64,000 nt of DNA, from assembly GCA_963668625.2 (NCBI GenBank), contig CAXXKA010000008.1:1334154-1398153 (forward strand), in the 5' to 3' direction. The notes below the pieces were generated by a model. That model was given only the letters and a program-made list of their open reading frames with translations. It was not told the origin of the DNA and did not search any database. This document shows, piece by piece, positions 9,076 to 17,947 of the stretch. The DNA comes from an uncultured candidate division Zixibacteria bacterium. GTDB taxonomy: Bacteria > Zixibacteria > MSB-5A5 > UBA10806 > 4484-95. The position numbers and the translations under genes were made by a program. The stretch's first letter is position 1, and each line of letters begins with the position of its first letter.

Positions 9076-11754
9076 ATGGCAGATAATGAGAAAGCAAAAA
9101 TATTTCCTGATATTGAGGCTGAAAACAGCGAATGGGCCGAGGCACTGGATGATGTTTACGAATCGGATGGACGTGACCGGGTTAAAGATATACTTCTGAA
9201 GCTTCACTCGCAGGCCAGCCGTCATGGCATACCCTTGCACTGTCCGGGTAATACGCCATATATCAATACTATACCGCCGGAAAAACAACCCGATTATCCC
9301 GGCGACAGAAAAATCGAAAGACGAATTAAAAGTATAATAAGATGGAATGCCATGGCGATGGTAACTCGAGCTAACCGTGAGCATAACGGTATAGGCGGTC
9401 ATATTTCAAGTTTTGCCTCGTCGGCTACATTATACGAGGTTGGATTTAATCATTTTTTCCGCGGTAAAAATGAAGAGCATGATGCGGACATAATTTATTT
9501 CCAGGGACATATCGCTCCCGGTATTTACGCCCGGGCTTTTTTAGAGGGGCGATTTACCGAAAAAGACCTGGTTAATTTCCGTCGCGAGCTTAAACCCGGC
9601 GGCGGCCTGACCTCATATCCACATCCCTGGTTGATGCCTGATTTCTGGCAGTTCCCGACAGTGTCGATGGGATTAACGTCCATTATGGCTATCTATCAAG
9701 CGCGGTTCAATCGCTACCTCGAGGATCGCGGCTTGAAACCTCGTACCGATCAGAAAATATGGGCGTTTTTAGGTGATGGCGAAATGGATGAACCCGAATC
9801 GCTCGGAGCGATCACACTCGCGCCGCGTGAGAAATTATCGAACCTCGTTTTTGTTATCAACTGCAATCTTCAACGGCTGGATGGCCCGGTGCGCGGCAAC
9901 GGCAAAATCATCCAGGAACTCGAAGCCGCTTTCCACGGCGCCGGCTGGAACGTGCTAAAAGTTATCTGGGGCTCCGATTGGGATCCGCTTATCGCTAAAG
10001 ATAAAGAAGGTTTATTGATCAAGCGGATGGAGGAATACGTGGATGGCGAATCGCAGAAATATGTCGTTTCCTCAGGTGATTACGTGCGCAAGCATTTCTT
10101 CGGCAAATACCCCGAACTTTTAGAGATGGTGAAAGATTTATCCGATGAGCAAGTGTATAAGCTTCGCCAGGGAGGACACGATCCGGCGAAAGTGTATACC
10201 GCTTATGATGCCGCTATGAAATACGAGGGCGGCCCGACCGTAATACTCGCGAAAACAATCAAAGGCTACGGATTGGGAGAGGCCGGCGAGGGCAAGAATA
10301 TAACTCATCAACAGAAAAAATTAAACGAGGAGGAGATGAAGCATTTCCGGGATAGATTCGATATACCTATCTCGGATGACGCTATCGCCGACGCCCCGTT
10401 TTACCGTCCCGAGGATAACAGCCCCGAAATGCAATACCTTCAGGAAAGAAGACGGGCGCTGGGTGGATATGTACCAAAACGTATGGTTCAGGTAGAGCCG
10501 TTAAAAACTCCATCGAATGATTTGTTCGGCGAATTTTACGATGGTTCGGGTAACCTTGATGTTTCAACGACCATGGCTTTTGTTAGCATGCTGGCAAAGA
10601 TGCTAAAAGATAAAGAAATCGGTAAGCTGATCGTGCCGATCGTCCCGGATGAGGCGCGTACGTTCGGCATGGAGTCGCTTTTCAGGCAGGTGGGTATTTA
10701 TTCGCATGTCGGCCAGGTTTACGAACCCGTTGATAGGGATAACCTGCTGTACTATCGTGAGGCAAAGGACGGGGCCATACTCGAGGAGGGTATTACGGAG
10801 GCAGGCTCGATGTCATCGTTTATAGCGGCGGCTACTGCTTATTCCACTCATGGGATAAACACCATACCGTTTTTCATATACTACTCGATGTTCGGACTTC
10901 AGCGTATCGGTGATTTCATCTGGGCGGCCGGCGATATGCAGGCTAAGGGATTCCTGATCGGCGGCACCTCCGGCAGAACCACCCTTATGGGCGAGGGTTT
11001 GCAGCATCAGGATGGTAACAGCCATGTGTTGGCGTTGACAGTTCCGAATCTGAGGACTTACGATCCGGCGTTCGCGTACGAGCTGGCGGTTATTATCAAA
11101 GATGGTATCAGGAGAATGTATCACGAGCAGGAGAATATATTCTACTACATTACCGCCATGAACGAATTTTACAAGATGCCGCCAATGCCGAAAGGCTCCG
11201 AGGAGGGGATATTAAAAGGCCTGTATAAATTCAAAGCCTCCGAAAAAGGCGATAAGAAGCTCAAAGCGCATCTCTGGGGTAGCGGCTCCATACTTAACGA
11301 GGCGCTTAAAGCTCAGGAAATTCTAGGCGAGAAATACGACGTGTCCGTGGATGTCTGGAGCGCTACCAGTTATAAGGAATTGTATCGCGATGCTATCGAA
11401 ACCGAACGTTGGAATATGCTTCATCCCGGCAAGGAAATGAAAGTACCTTACATACAACAGCTTTTCCCCAAAGAGGACGGCGTTATCGTAGCCGCTACCG
11501 ATTATATCAAGGCTCTGCCACAGTCTATAGCCAGATGGGTACCGGGTAATTTTAAATCTCTGGGTACCGATGGTTTTGGGCGAAGCGAGACCCGCGAGTC
11601 CCTGCGTGATTTCTTCGAGGTGGATGCTCGCTATATAACACTGGCCACTTTATACGGTTTGATGCAGGAGAAAAAAATAAAACCTGAGATAGTAACCGGT
11701 GCGATTAAGGAGCTTGGTATCGACCCGGAGAAATTGAATCCGCATGTGGCCTAG
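9076..11754 (+). CDS. aceE: Pyruvate dehydrogenase E1, homodimeric type
   Basis: GGHISSFAS, SYPHPWLMPDFWQFPTVSMGL, GDGEMDEPES (TPP binding), LEEGITEAG, GEGLQHQDG and LGTDGFGRS. Confidence 0.95.
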   Translation: MADNEKAKIFPDIEAENSEWAEALDDVYESDGRDRVKDILLKLHSQASRHGIPLHCPGNTPYINTIPPEKQPDYPGDRKIERRIKSIIRWNAMAMVTRANREHNGIGGHISSFASSATLYEVGFNHFFRGKNEEHDADIIYFQGHIAPGIYARAFLEGRFTEKDLVNFRRELKPGGGLTSYPHPWLMPDFWQFPTVSMGLTSIMAIYQARFNRYLEDRGLKPRTDQKIWAFLGDGEMDEPESLGAITLAPREKLSNLVFVINCNLQRLDGPVRGNGKIIQELEAAFHGAGWNVLKVIWGSDWDPLIAKDKEGLLIKRMEEYVDGESQKYVVSSGDYVRKHFFGKYPELLEMVKDLSDEQVYKLRQGGHDPAKVYTAYDAAMKYEGGPTVILAKTIKGYGLGEAGEGKNITHQQKKLNEEEMKHFRDRFDIPISDDAIADAPFYRPEDNSPEMQYLQERRRALGGYVPKRMVQVEPLKTPSNDLFGEFYDGSGNLDVSTTMAFVSMLAKMLKDKEIGKLIVPIVPDEARTFGMESLFRQVGIYSHVGQVYEPVDRDNLLYYREAKDGAILEEGITEAGSMSSFIAAATAYSTHGINTIPFFIYYSMFGLQRIGDFIWAAGDMQAKGFLIGGTSGRTTLMGEGLQHQDGNSHVLALTVPNLRTYDPAFAYELAVIIKDGIRRMYHEQENIFYYITAMNEFYKMPPMPKGSEEGILKGLYKFKASEKGDKKLKAHLWGSGSILNEALKAQEILGEKYDVSVDVWSATSYKELYRDAIETERWNMLHPGKEMKVPYIQQLFPKEDGVIVAATDYIKALPQSIARWVPGNFKSLGTDGFGRSETRESLRDFFEVDARYITLATLYGLMQEKKIKPEIVTGAIKELGIDPEKLNPHVA

Positions 11755-11767
11755 GTAAATTATTCAC

Positions 11768-11805
11768 GATATAGCCGGTGGATATCCTCATCCGCCGGTT
11801 ATATC
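11768..11805. terminator. Hairpin between convergent aceE and the 11885 gene
   Basis: GATATAGCCGGTGGAT...ATCCGCCGGTTATATC stem. Confidence 0.5.
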
Positions 11806-11884
11806 ATATGGCTAGTTTAAACAACAGGTCATAATCAATCAAAGAGATCAATTGTATCTGTCAGTATACTATCGGATAACCTGG

Positions 11885-12823
11885 CTACGATTTCACTGCC
11901 ATGGCGTTTTCGATCATCTCCGAAATTCTTCCCTCCAGACCGGATTTCATTGGAAACATCGATGCCGAATACAGCCAGTTGCGTTTGGGCCCTATATTCA
12001 CGACGTGGTTGCCTCGCGAAGTTAATTTTGCTCTTACCGGGAATGCTTCTTCCAACCGCAGCCGCCATTGAACGAGTCGATCTTTTGCCCGTGTTTTCTC
12101 GTCATCCAGAATGCAATAGATATACAGGTTGGTGGTTATCAACCAGGTATGCTGTTTGCGGGTTCTGAATATGAGAAGATGGTCGATTACTTTTTCATTG
12201 GCGCTCAGATATCCCGATTCTCTCAATAGATAAGACAATCCCTCGTCCGTATAAAAACCCTTTGGAGAAAGTTTGTGTGTCGGTTCCTCGGATTTCCTTT
12301 GGGGGGGTTGTGTTGTCTCGGGCGTGGAATTATTGCCGGCCGAAATTTCCGGGATGATGATCGGCTTTTTTATCTTAATGAATTGGGGAAATGTCCCCCC
12401 CGGCGAAAAAGTAGGCGTCGAATCTGGAATCGATTTCACTTTTACGATATTATCGAATAGCGGGGATATGGTCGGCTTTATCTCGGGGACTTTAACGCTG
12501 ATTATACTATCGTCAAAGATATTCGGGACGGTGGTTATAGGCCCGTTAAAATCACTTTTGATTTCATCGATACTCAACGGATTGGATTCGGGTTCCTGTT
12601 TCGCCATGACGACTTTTCCGATTCCGGGTATTTCGATGCTCTTGAATAGATGAGCTACCCAGGGCAAGATGGCCAGGAGGAACAGCCAGAGCGTGGTATT
12701 ATCTATTTTAAGTTCAGGGTAAAGGTGATGTGCCAGGATTAGTACTAATGCAACGATAGTAATCAGGATTCTGATTATAGTGCCGCTTTTTTCCTTCAAT
12801 GCATCTAACATAAATTTCACCAT
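11885..12823 (-). CDS. Hypothetical membrane protein (2 N-terminal TM, Pro/Ile-rich linker, C-terminal globular domain)
   Basis: 312-aa ORF in tandem with two upstream genes. No family recognised. Confidence 0.65.
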   Translation of the reverse strand: MVKFMLDALKEKSGTIIRILITIVALVLILAHHLYPELKIDNTTLWLFLLAILPWVAHLFKSIEIPGIGKVVMAKQEPESNPLSIDEIKSDFNGPITTVPNIFDDSIISVKVPEIKPTISPLFDNIVKVKSIPDSTPTFSPGGTFPQFIKIKKPIIIPEISAGNNSTPETTQPPQRKSEEPTHKLSPKGFYTDEGLSYLLRESGYLSANEKVIDHLLIFRTRKQHTWLITTNLYIYCILDDEKTRAKDRLVQWRLRLEEAFPVRAKLTSRGNHVVNIGPKRNWLYSASMFPMKSGLEGRISEMIENAMAVKS

Positions 12824-12850
12824 CGGTTAATAGTAATCGTATTGCCTTAT

Positions 12851-13723
12851 TTAATAAGTATCTGCAGTCTCCGTATATTTCTCCTGTTTAAGCAATCTGT
12901 TTATGACATCCTGATAATACGGCTTCTCTTTCAAGCTCGAATGCGATCCGGGAAAATATATAAGCGTGATTGTGGCGGTGGAATCATCGAATTTATCGAG
13001 CACTATGGTGAATCGTTGATCGCTGGATAATCGCGAATTGTCGATCATCGGGAAATCGAATGGCCCTACGCCGAAATCATTCACGTAAGGTTCGCCATCT
13101 CCGTAGACTGATACCTCGACCTCCATCTCACCGGTTTCCTCATCTATGTCGAACACCTCAATCTCGAAAGTCCTCTTGATCGACTCCAACTCTAGCTCTC
13201 CCGGATCGAGTAACGCCGGCAGGTCGTGTAAGTCGATCGTGCGCTCGAAACTTCTGCCTACACCCTGAAGAGCCAGGGCCTGCTTGCCGGTTATCTCACG
13301 GGCGGCTTTATACAGTCGGTTACGGTAATCTTTTCGTATGTCATTCGGGATGGTAATATCGCTGTCAATTAACTTGGCGATATGAATGTAAAGCGGCTTG
13401 ATACAGATCGATTCGTGAAAGTTGTACGTTAGTAACTCCAGGTCGAGAAGCTTGCTTTCCAGAGATACCGAGTTGGGTTTGGTGTAGGTATCGATAATCG
13501 ACTTGAACATGTCTTTCCTGATAGCGCTCTCGGCATCCTCGCGTTTGCTGATCAGTTCGGTATACAGTCGTATACGCAACTCGTTGTTCTGCCTGTCGTT
13601 CAAATACGATGAGCTGAAATAACCGATCGAGGCAACGGCCAGCGCCGCGAGAATTCCGCTTACCAGTTTGCCGATAATCTCGGCTTTATCCCACCAGTCT
13701 TTGGCTTTCTTTTCATCAGGCAT
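12851..13723 (-). CDS. Hypothetical single-TM protein
   Basis: 290 aa, with KDWWDK preceding a TM helix. Starts 2 bp after the upstream stop codon. Confidence 0.7.
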   Translation of the reverse strand: MPDEKKAKDWWDKAEIIGKLVSGILAALAVASIGYFSSSYLNDRQNNELRIRLYTELISKREDAESAIRKDMFKSIIDTYTKPNSVSLESKLLDLELLTYNFHESICIKPLYIHIAKLIDSDITIPNDIRKDYRNRLYKAAREITGKQALALQGVGRSFERTIDLHDLPALLDPGELELESIKRTFEIEVFDIDEETGEMEVEVSVYGDGEPYVNDFGVGPFDFPMIDNSRLSSDQRFTIVLDKFDDSTATITLIYFPGSHSSLKEKPYYQDVINRLLKQEKYTETADTY

Positions 13724-13725
13724 AG

Positions 13726-14091
13726 CTACTCCCGGCGCAGGCTGTAATTTCCCTGCTTATCTTTTTCGATTATCAGGTTGTAGCGGATGGATTTTAAGTA
13801 CGAGCGCACCTCATAGGGCGGAATGTTGTTTTTGTAGCGGATATCATCACTGACTATAAGCTGGAAACTACCCTCATCCTTAATATAGAATTTGTATAAG
13901 CCGTTGGCATCCGTGGATGCTGAAGTTAATATCTCGTAATTTCCCTCACTATCCGGCAGGGTAGTTATCGTTACTGTTACGCCTTTGCCGATAGGTTTGC
14001 CGCCCTCCTTAATTATACCGTAGATTTTTCCGGCGTGAAGAATAGAGGGGATCAGCGCGACGACTAATAGTATCAACAGGCGCTTACTCAT
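13726..14091 (-). CDS. Small secreted beta-sandwich protein (carboxypeptidase-regulatory/prealbumin-like)
   Basis: Signal peptide ending LHA, followed by GKIYGII and TDANGLYKFY. AAAGGAG RBS. Confidence 0.65.
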   Translation of the reverse strand: MSKRLLILLVVALIPSILHAGKIYGIIKEGGKPIGKGVTVTITTLPDSEGNYEILTSASTDANGLYKFYIKDEGSFQLIVSDDIRYKNNIPPYEVRSYLKSIRYNLIIEKDKQGNYSLRRE

Positions 14092-14268
14092 GACAGCTCC
14101 TTTCGTTATGACAGGATATGTTATTGAAAGTCAGCCATAATGATTAACCAAAACGGGAAATTATAATCGGCTGATTATCTGTATGATTATTTTAGGGGAT
14201 TGAGGGCTGATTGTCAAATGATATTGAGAGTGGGGTAGCCCCCTTGTGGTTTTGACTGGTTGCTTAAT

Positions 14269-14508
14269 TCGAAACAGAGTTTCTCGGGCGATTGTGTTGC
14301 CACACTGGAGTTTAGGAACGAGGGGGGAACGAGTAGGTCAAGTCCACTTGGGACTTGACTAACCCGCGTAAAGAATCACAAACGCGAATCGCATACAGAA
14401 GCAGAAAGTTGAATTGTTTTAGTGTCCTATCTCCGCTAAAGCGAATAAAACTCGAAACAGAGTTTCTCAGGCAATTGCGTTCCCAAACTGGAGTTTAGGA
14501 ACGAGGGG
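14269..14508. repeat. Cluster of REP-like elements: two 57-bp direct repeats plus a GTAG hairpin
   Basis: 14269-14325 and 14452-14508 differ at 5 of 57 positions and contain the CGTTCCCAAAC-TGGA-GTTTAGGAACG hairpin. GTAGGTCAAGTCC-ACTTG-GGACTTGACTAAC lies at 14333-14363. Confidence 0.75.
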
Positions 14509-14533
14509 AACCTCTTTGGATATTACAAATCAG

Positions 14534-16672
14534 CTAAATAAAATCATTAAAATAATTTTTACCCTCTTCGGTGATTCTATATTTATATGGTTCTCCTTCT
14601 TTTTCCTTCATCCTTTGAATATAGTTATAATTAATAGCTAACTTTTTAGCTCTAAAAGCAATTAAGTATTTAGATAAATCTAATTCTTCAGCAATATCAC
14701 GCGCAAAAGCAAATTTATCAATATGGTCAAGTTCTTTAAGAATTGTGATTTCTTCAATTGGTAAAAGTCTATTATTTCCTATTGTTTCGAGTTTACTTTT
14801 TATTTCGTCGGATATACTTTCGATGGTAACGTCATTACCGCATTCATTACATTTCATTTTATTGAACTCCAAAAAACTTAACTGCTCAATCGGGAATTGC
14901 TTGTTACATGCAGGATTGATACAATATATTCTTTTAGAACGCTGTAAAAAAGAATGAATAATTCTAGTGAAATTAAATGGTCGCTCGATAAAGTATTTTC
15001 TATATTTAGTTCCTTCTGGCTTTCCCCAAAACAAATTTAGCTTTTTTACAAGTCCATAGTAGATTGAATATATTGATACTGGTTTGCCATCTTTGTCGCT
15101 TAATTCATTATATTTACTGATAAAAAAATTCAATTCTAGGGTTTTAAGGAATTTCTCAAAGCGCGGATCAAAATGAAAATGGCTAGAATATGGATAATTC
15201 GGCAGGTAAATAGTGCCTTTCAGGTTTTTGGTTTGTATCCTCTTTTTTATTCCGGATAACTTTTCACAGAATTCTTCAAGTAGCTCTTTTAATTGTAGTA
15301 TTGATATTTTTTCCCCTATTGATATTAAAGAGTAAGTCGTAGTATCAAAGAATGATTCCATCTTCTCTTCATAGTAAGACTGGCTTGCTTGTTCAATATC
15401 GGATTTTGTAATTTGCTTTTCGAATATAATTTTCCTTTGATAGCAATATGAAAGTATATACCCTAGTATTCTTGGAACATTCATTGAAACTTGGAATAAT
15501 AACTTGTAATACTCATCTATACCTTGATTTGAAACTTCAAAATATTTTTCTGGCCTAGAATTGGTGTAGTATTTTAAGCGCTTTGAAAGAATCCTATTCG
15601 TAAAATTATAAGCATTTTCTTCCATTTCATCTCTATTAAATTCTGAATAGAGATTGTAAAAATCTAAGTCAATTTTATCGATTTTCCCAGGATCAATCTT
15701 TCCGTAGTATACCCTATGTGGATAAGCAGCTATTTTAAATTTTATAAATTCCTCTGACCAATTATTTAATGGGGCAAGAATGACATCAACAAATGTTTTA
15801 ATAGAATCTTCTTCAATCTCAGAAAAATCATCTAACATAACAATAAGGTGTCTGATATTTAGCAGTTTAAGTATTTCCTTTATTTTTAATATTATTTCCT
15901 TAATTTGGAATACTTGTAAGAATACTTTGGAGAAATTTGCTGTAATATCGTTTGATTCTTTTGTGTTCTTCTTAGCTGTTAGCCCAAAGTTGGAATTTAA
16001 TTTTAATCCAAGATTATTATTTCCTAAGTTTAGTTTAATATTAGGATTATTTATATCAAAACCTGATTCTTTTTGCTTTTCTTTTATTGTTTCCCTTTTA
16101 AATCCTTCTTGTTGAAGAATTGGGATTTCGATTTTCCTTAGTATTTCATTATTATTAATATTTAACTCTAATTCACTTAAATTCTCTCTAACCGTTTCGC
16201 GCTTATTATTCCCAAATAAATCAGTAAATCTATCAAACAGATTACTGGTTTTCTTAGATATCTCTTCTTTCATGGATTTAAGTACATGTTGTAAAAAAGT
16301 TCTTTCAATTAGATACTTTTTAAGCAATCCTTCAGGAAAGTATTCCTTAAGATAACTAATTTCTGTATATTCTGTTTGGGATGATTCAAAAATCGTTTTA
16401 ACATCTAAATAGCATGATAAATACTGGCTTTTTTTATTAATTTCCTGTTCAAGTCTTAAAAATATTGTGGACTTGCCAGTTCCTTTTCTTCCTATCAGAA
16501 ACGTGGTATTATCTTTCAGGACTTTATTTAAGATATGCTCATTTGGCAATAGGTCAGTATACAATTCTTGTAGAAGGCTTCTCCCATCATCATCAATGAT
16601 GTCGGCTCTCCTATACTTCTTTAATGATTCGACTGCTTCAAAAAAGCCGTCTTTTTCATCTTTTGTAAACAT
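14534..16672 (-). CDS. AT-rich P-loop NTPase with C-terminal Zn-ribbon and winged-HTH
   Basis: Walker A GRKGTGKS, Walker B VMLDDFSE, a CINPAC...CNEC Cys cluster, and a C-terminal ARDIAEELDLS...YRITEEG wHTH pattern. Strongly AT-rich. Confidence 0.75.
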   Translation of the reverse strand: MFTKDEKDGFFEAVESLKKYRRADIIDDDGRSLLQELYTDLLPNEHILNKVLKDNTTFLIGRKGTGKSTIFLRLEQEINKKSQYLSCYLDVKTIFESSQTEYTEISYLKEYFPEGLLKKYLIERTFLQHVLKSMKEEISKKTSNLFDRFTDLFGNNKRETVRENLSELELNINNNEILRKIEIPILQQEGFKRETIKEKQKESGFDINNPNIKLNLGNNNLGLKLNSNFGLTAKKNTKESNDITANFSKVFLQVFQIKEIILKIKEILKLLNIRHLIVMLDDFSEIEEDSIKTFVDVILAPLNNWSEEFIKFKIAAYPHRVYYGKIDPGKIDKIDLDFYNLYSEFNRDEMEENAYNFTNRILSKRLKYYTNSRPEKYFEVSNQGIDEYYKLLFQVSMNVPRILGYILSYCYQRKIIFEKQITKSDIEQASQSYYEEKMESFFDTTTYSLISIGEKISILQLKELLEEFCEKLSGIKKRIQTKNLKGTIYLPNYPYSSHFHFDPRFEKFLKTLELNFFISKYNELSDKDGKPVSIYSIYYGLVKKLNLFWGKPEGTKYRKYFIERPFNFTRIIHSFLQRSKRIYCINPACNKQFPIEQLSFLEFNKMKCNECGNDVTIESISDEIKSKLETIGNNRLLPIEEITILKELDHIDKFAFARDIAEELDLSKYLIAFRAKKLAINYNYIQRMKEKEGEPYKYRITEEGKNYFNDFI

Positions 16673-16766
16673 AATTACTCCCCTAAATAATTAATGATAA
16701 TGTGCACACGAAGATATCCATTGCAATATCAAAGTAGAAATGATTTACTTATATGTCAAGTGCTTT

Positions 16767-17747
16767 CTACCCCTCAAACCTCTCCAGCAACGCCTTAGCC
16801 GCCGAAAGCGCCGTGCGCTTGCCGCTCATTACCTCCTGCTCTATTTGCGGCAGGACATCCTTTATACGGGGATCGGAGATGAAGATGTTGTGTAAATGCT
16901 CATCCACCAGCGAGTGCAGCCAGTCTTTCTCCTGGTTGCGGCGACGGATATTCCACACGCCCGATTTGCGAGTTAGCTCCTTGAACTTGTTGATGACCTC
17001 CCACATTGTCGGTATTCCCTCGCCGGTCATGGCCGAGGTCGTGTAAGCGTGCGTGGTCCAGCCCTCGGTGGCGTTGTAGAGATAATGCAGCGCTTTCTCG
17101 TACTCGTCCCGGGCGGTCTCCGATCTGATCCTGTTGTCGCCATCAGCTTTGTTGAACACCAGCGCGTCGGCAATTTCCATGATGCCCTTCTTTATGCCCT
17201 GAAGCTCATCACCGCCGCCGGCTATCATCAGTAGAAGGATGAAATCGACCATCGAGCGCACCATGATCTCGTTCTGCCCGACACCGATCGTCTCAACCAG
17301 GATGATATCGTAACCGGCCGCCTCGAACACCAGTATGCTCTCGCGGGTTTTACGGGCTACCCCACCCAGCACTCCGCCTGAAGGGGAGGGCCGGATAAAC
17401 GCCTTTGGCTCGCGGGAGAGTCTCTCCATGCGGGTTTTATCGCCAAGTATACTGCCTTTACTGATACTGCTCGAGGGATCGATCGCCAGTACGGCCACGT
17501 TAAGGCCCTGCTCAACCAGGTAACATCCCAGCGCCTCGATGAACGTGCTTTTGCCCGCGCCGGGCAGCCCGGTTATCCCTACGCGTATGGCGTTTCCGGT
17601 ATGCGGCAGCAGCTCTTTTAAAAACTGTTGGGCTTTATCTATATGAGTGGGAGAGTTGCTTTCAACCAGCGTAATCGCGCGCGCGATGATAGTGCGGTCG
17701 CGGTTTAAAATCCCCTTGATATAATCATTATTTGAAAGGTTTTGCAT
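16767..17747 (-). CDS. meaB: Methylmalonyl-CoA mutase-associated GTPase
   Basis: GLPGAGKST, DPSS, GSILGDKTRM, ETIGVGQNE, GDELQGIKKG and NKAD. Adjacent to mutAB. Confidence 0.95.
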   Translation of the reverse strand: MQNLSNNDYIKGILNRDRTIIARAITLVESNSPTHIDKAQQFLKELLPHTGNAIRVGITGLPGAGKSTFIEALGCYLVEQGLNVAVLAIDPSSSISKGSILGDKTRMERLSREPKAFIRPSPSGGVLGGVARKTRESILVFEAAGYDIILVETIGVGQNEIMVRSMVDFILLLMIAGGGDELQGIKKGIMEIADALVFNKADGDNRIRSETARDEYEKALHYLYNATEGWTTHAYTTSAMTGEGIPTMWEVINKFKELTRKSGVWNIRRRNQEKDWLHSLVDEHLHNIFISDPRIKDVLPQIEQEVMSGKRTALSAAKALLERFEG

Positions 17748-17872
17748 GGTACTACTAATCGTCTGCTTTGTTTAAAGTCGTATTATCTCAGAAAGCCGCG
17801 AGTCACCCCTTATAATGAGATAACTCGCGGTTTATTTTATTGTTTTAGATTTTGCTCATTGCTGAAAGTCAA

Positions 17873-17907
17873 GGGATTGCTTCGTCCCTTCGGCCCTCGC
17901 AATGACA
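17873..17907. repeat. REP-like element of the GATTGCTTCG...CTCGCAATGAC type
   Basis: GGGATTGCTTCGTCCCTTCGGCCCTCGCAATGACA, resembling a widespread extragenic palindromic family. Single copy in the window. Confidence 0.45.
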
Positions 17908-17947
17908 GCTATCGACAATTAACAGCTATTATTGTTCTCGGCAGAAA

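Noticed and set aside
14269-14508. Possible CRISPR array
   Set aside because: Only two 57-bp copies 126 bp apart, no regular spacers and no cas genes; better explained as REP-like elements.
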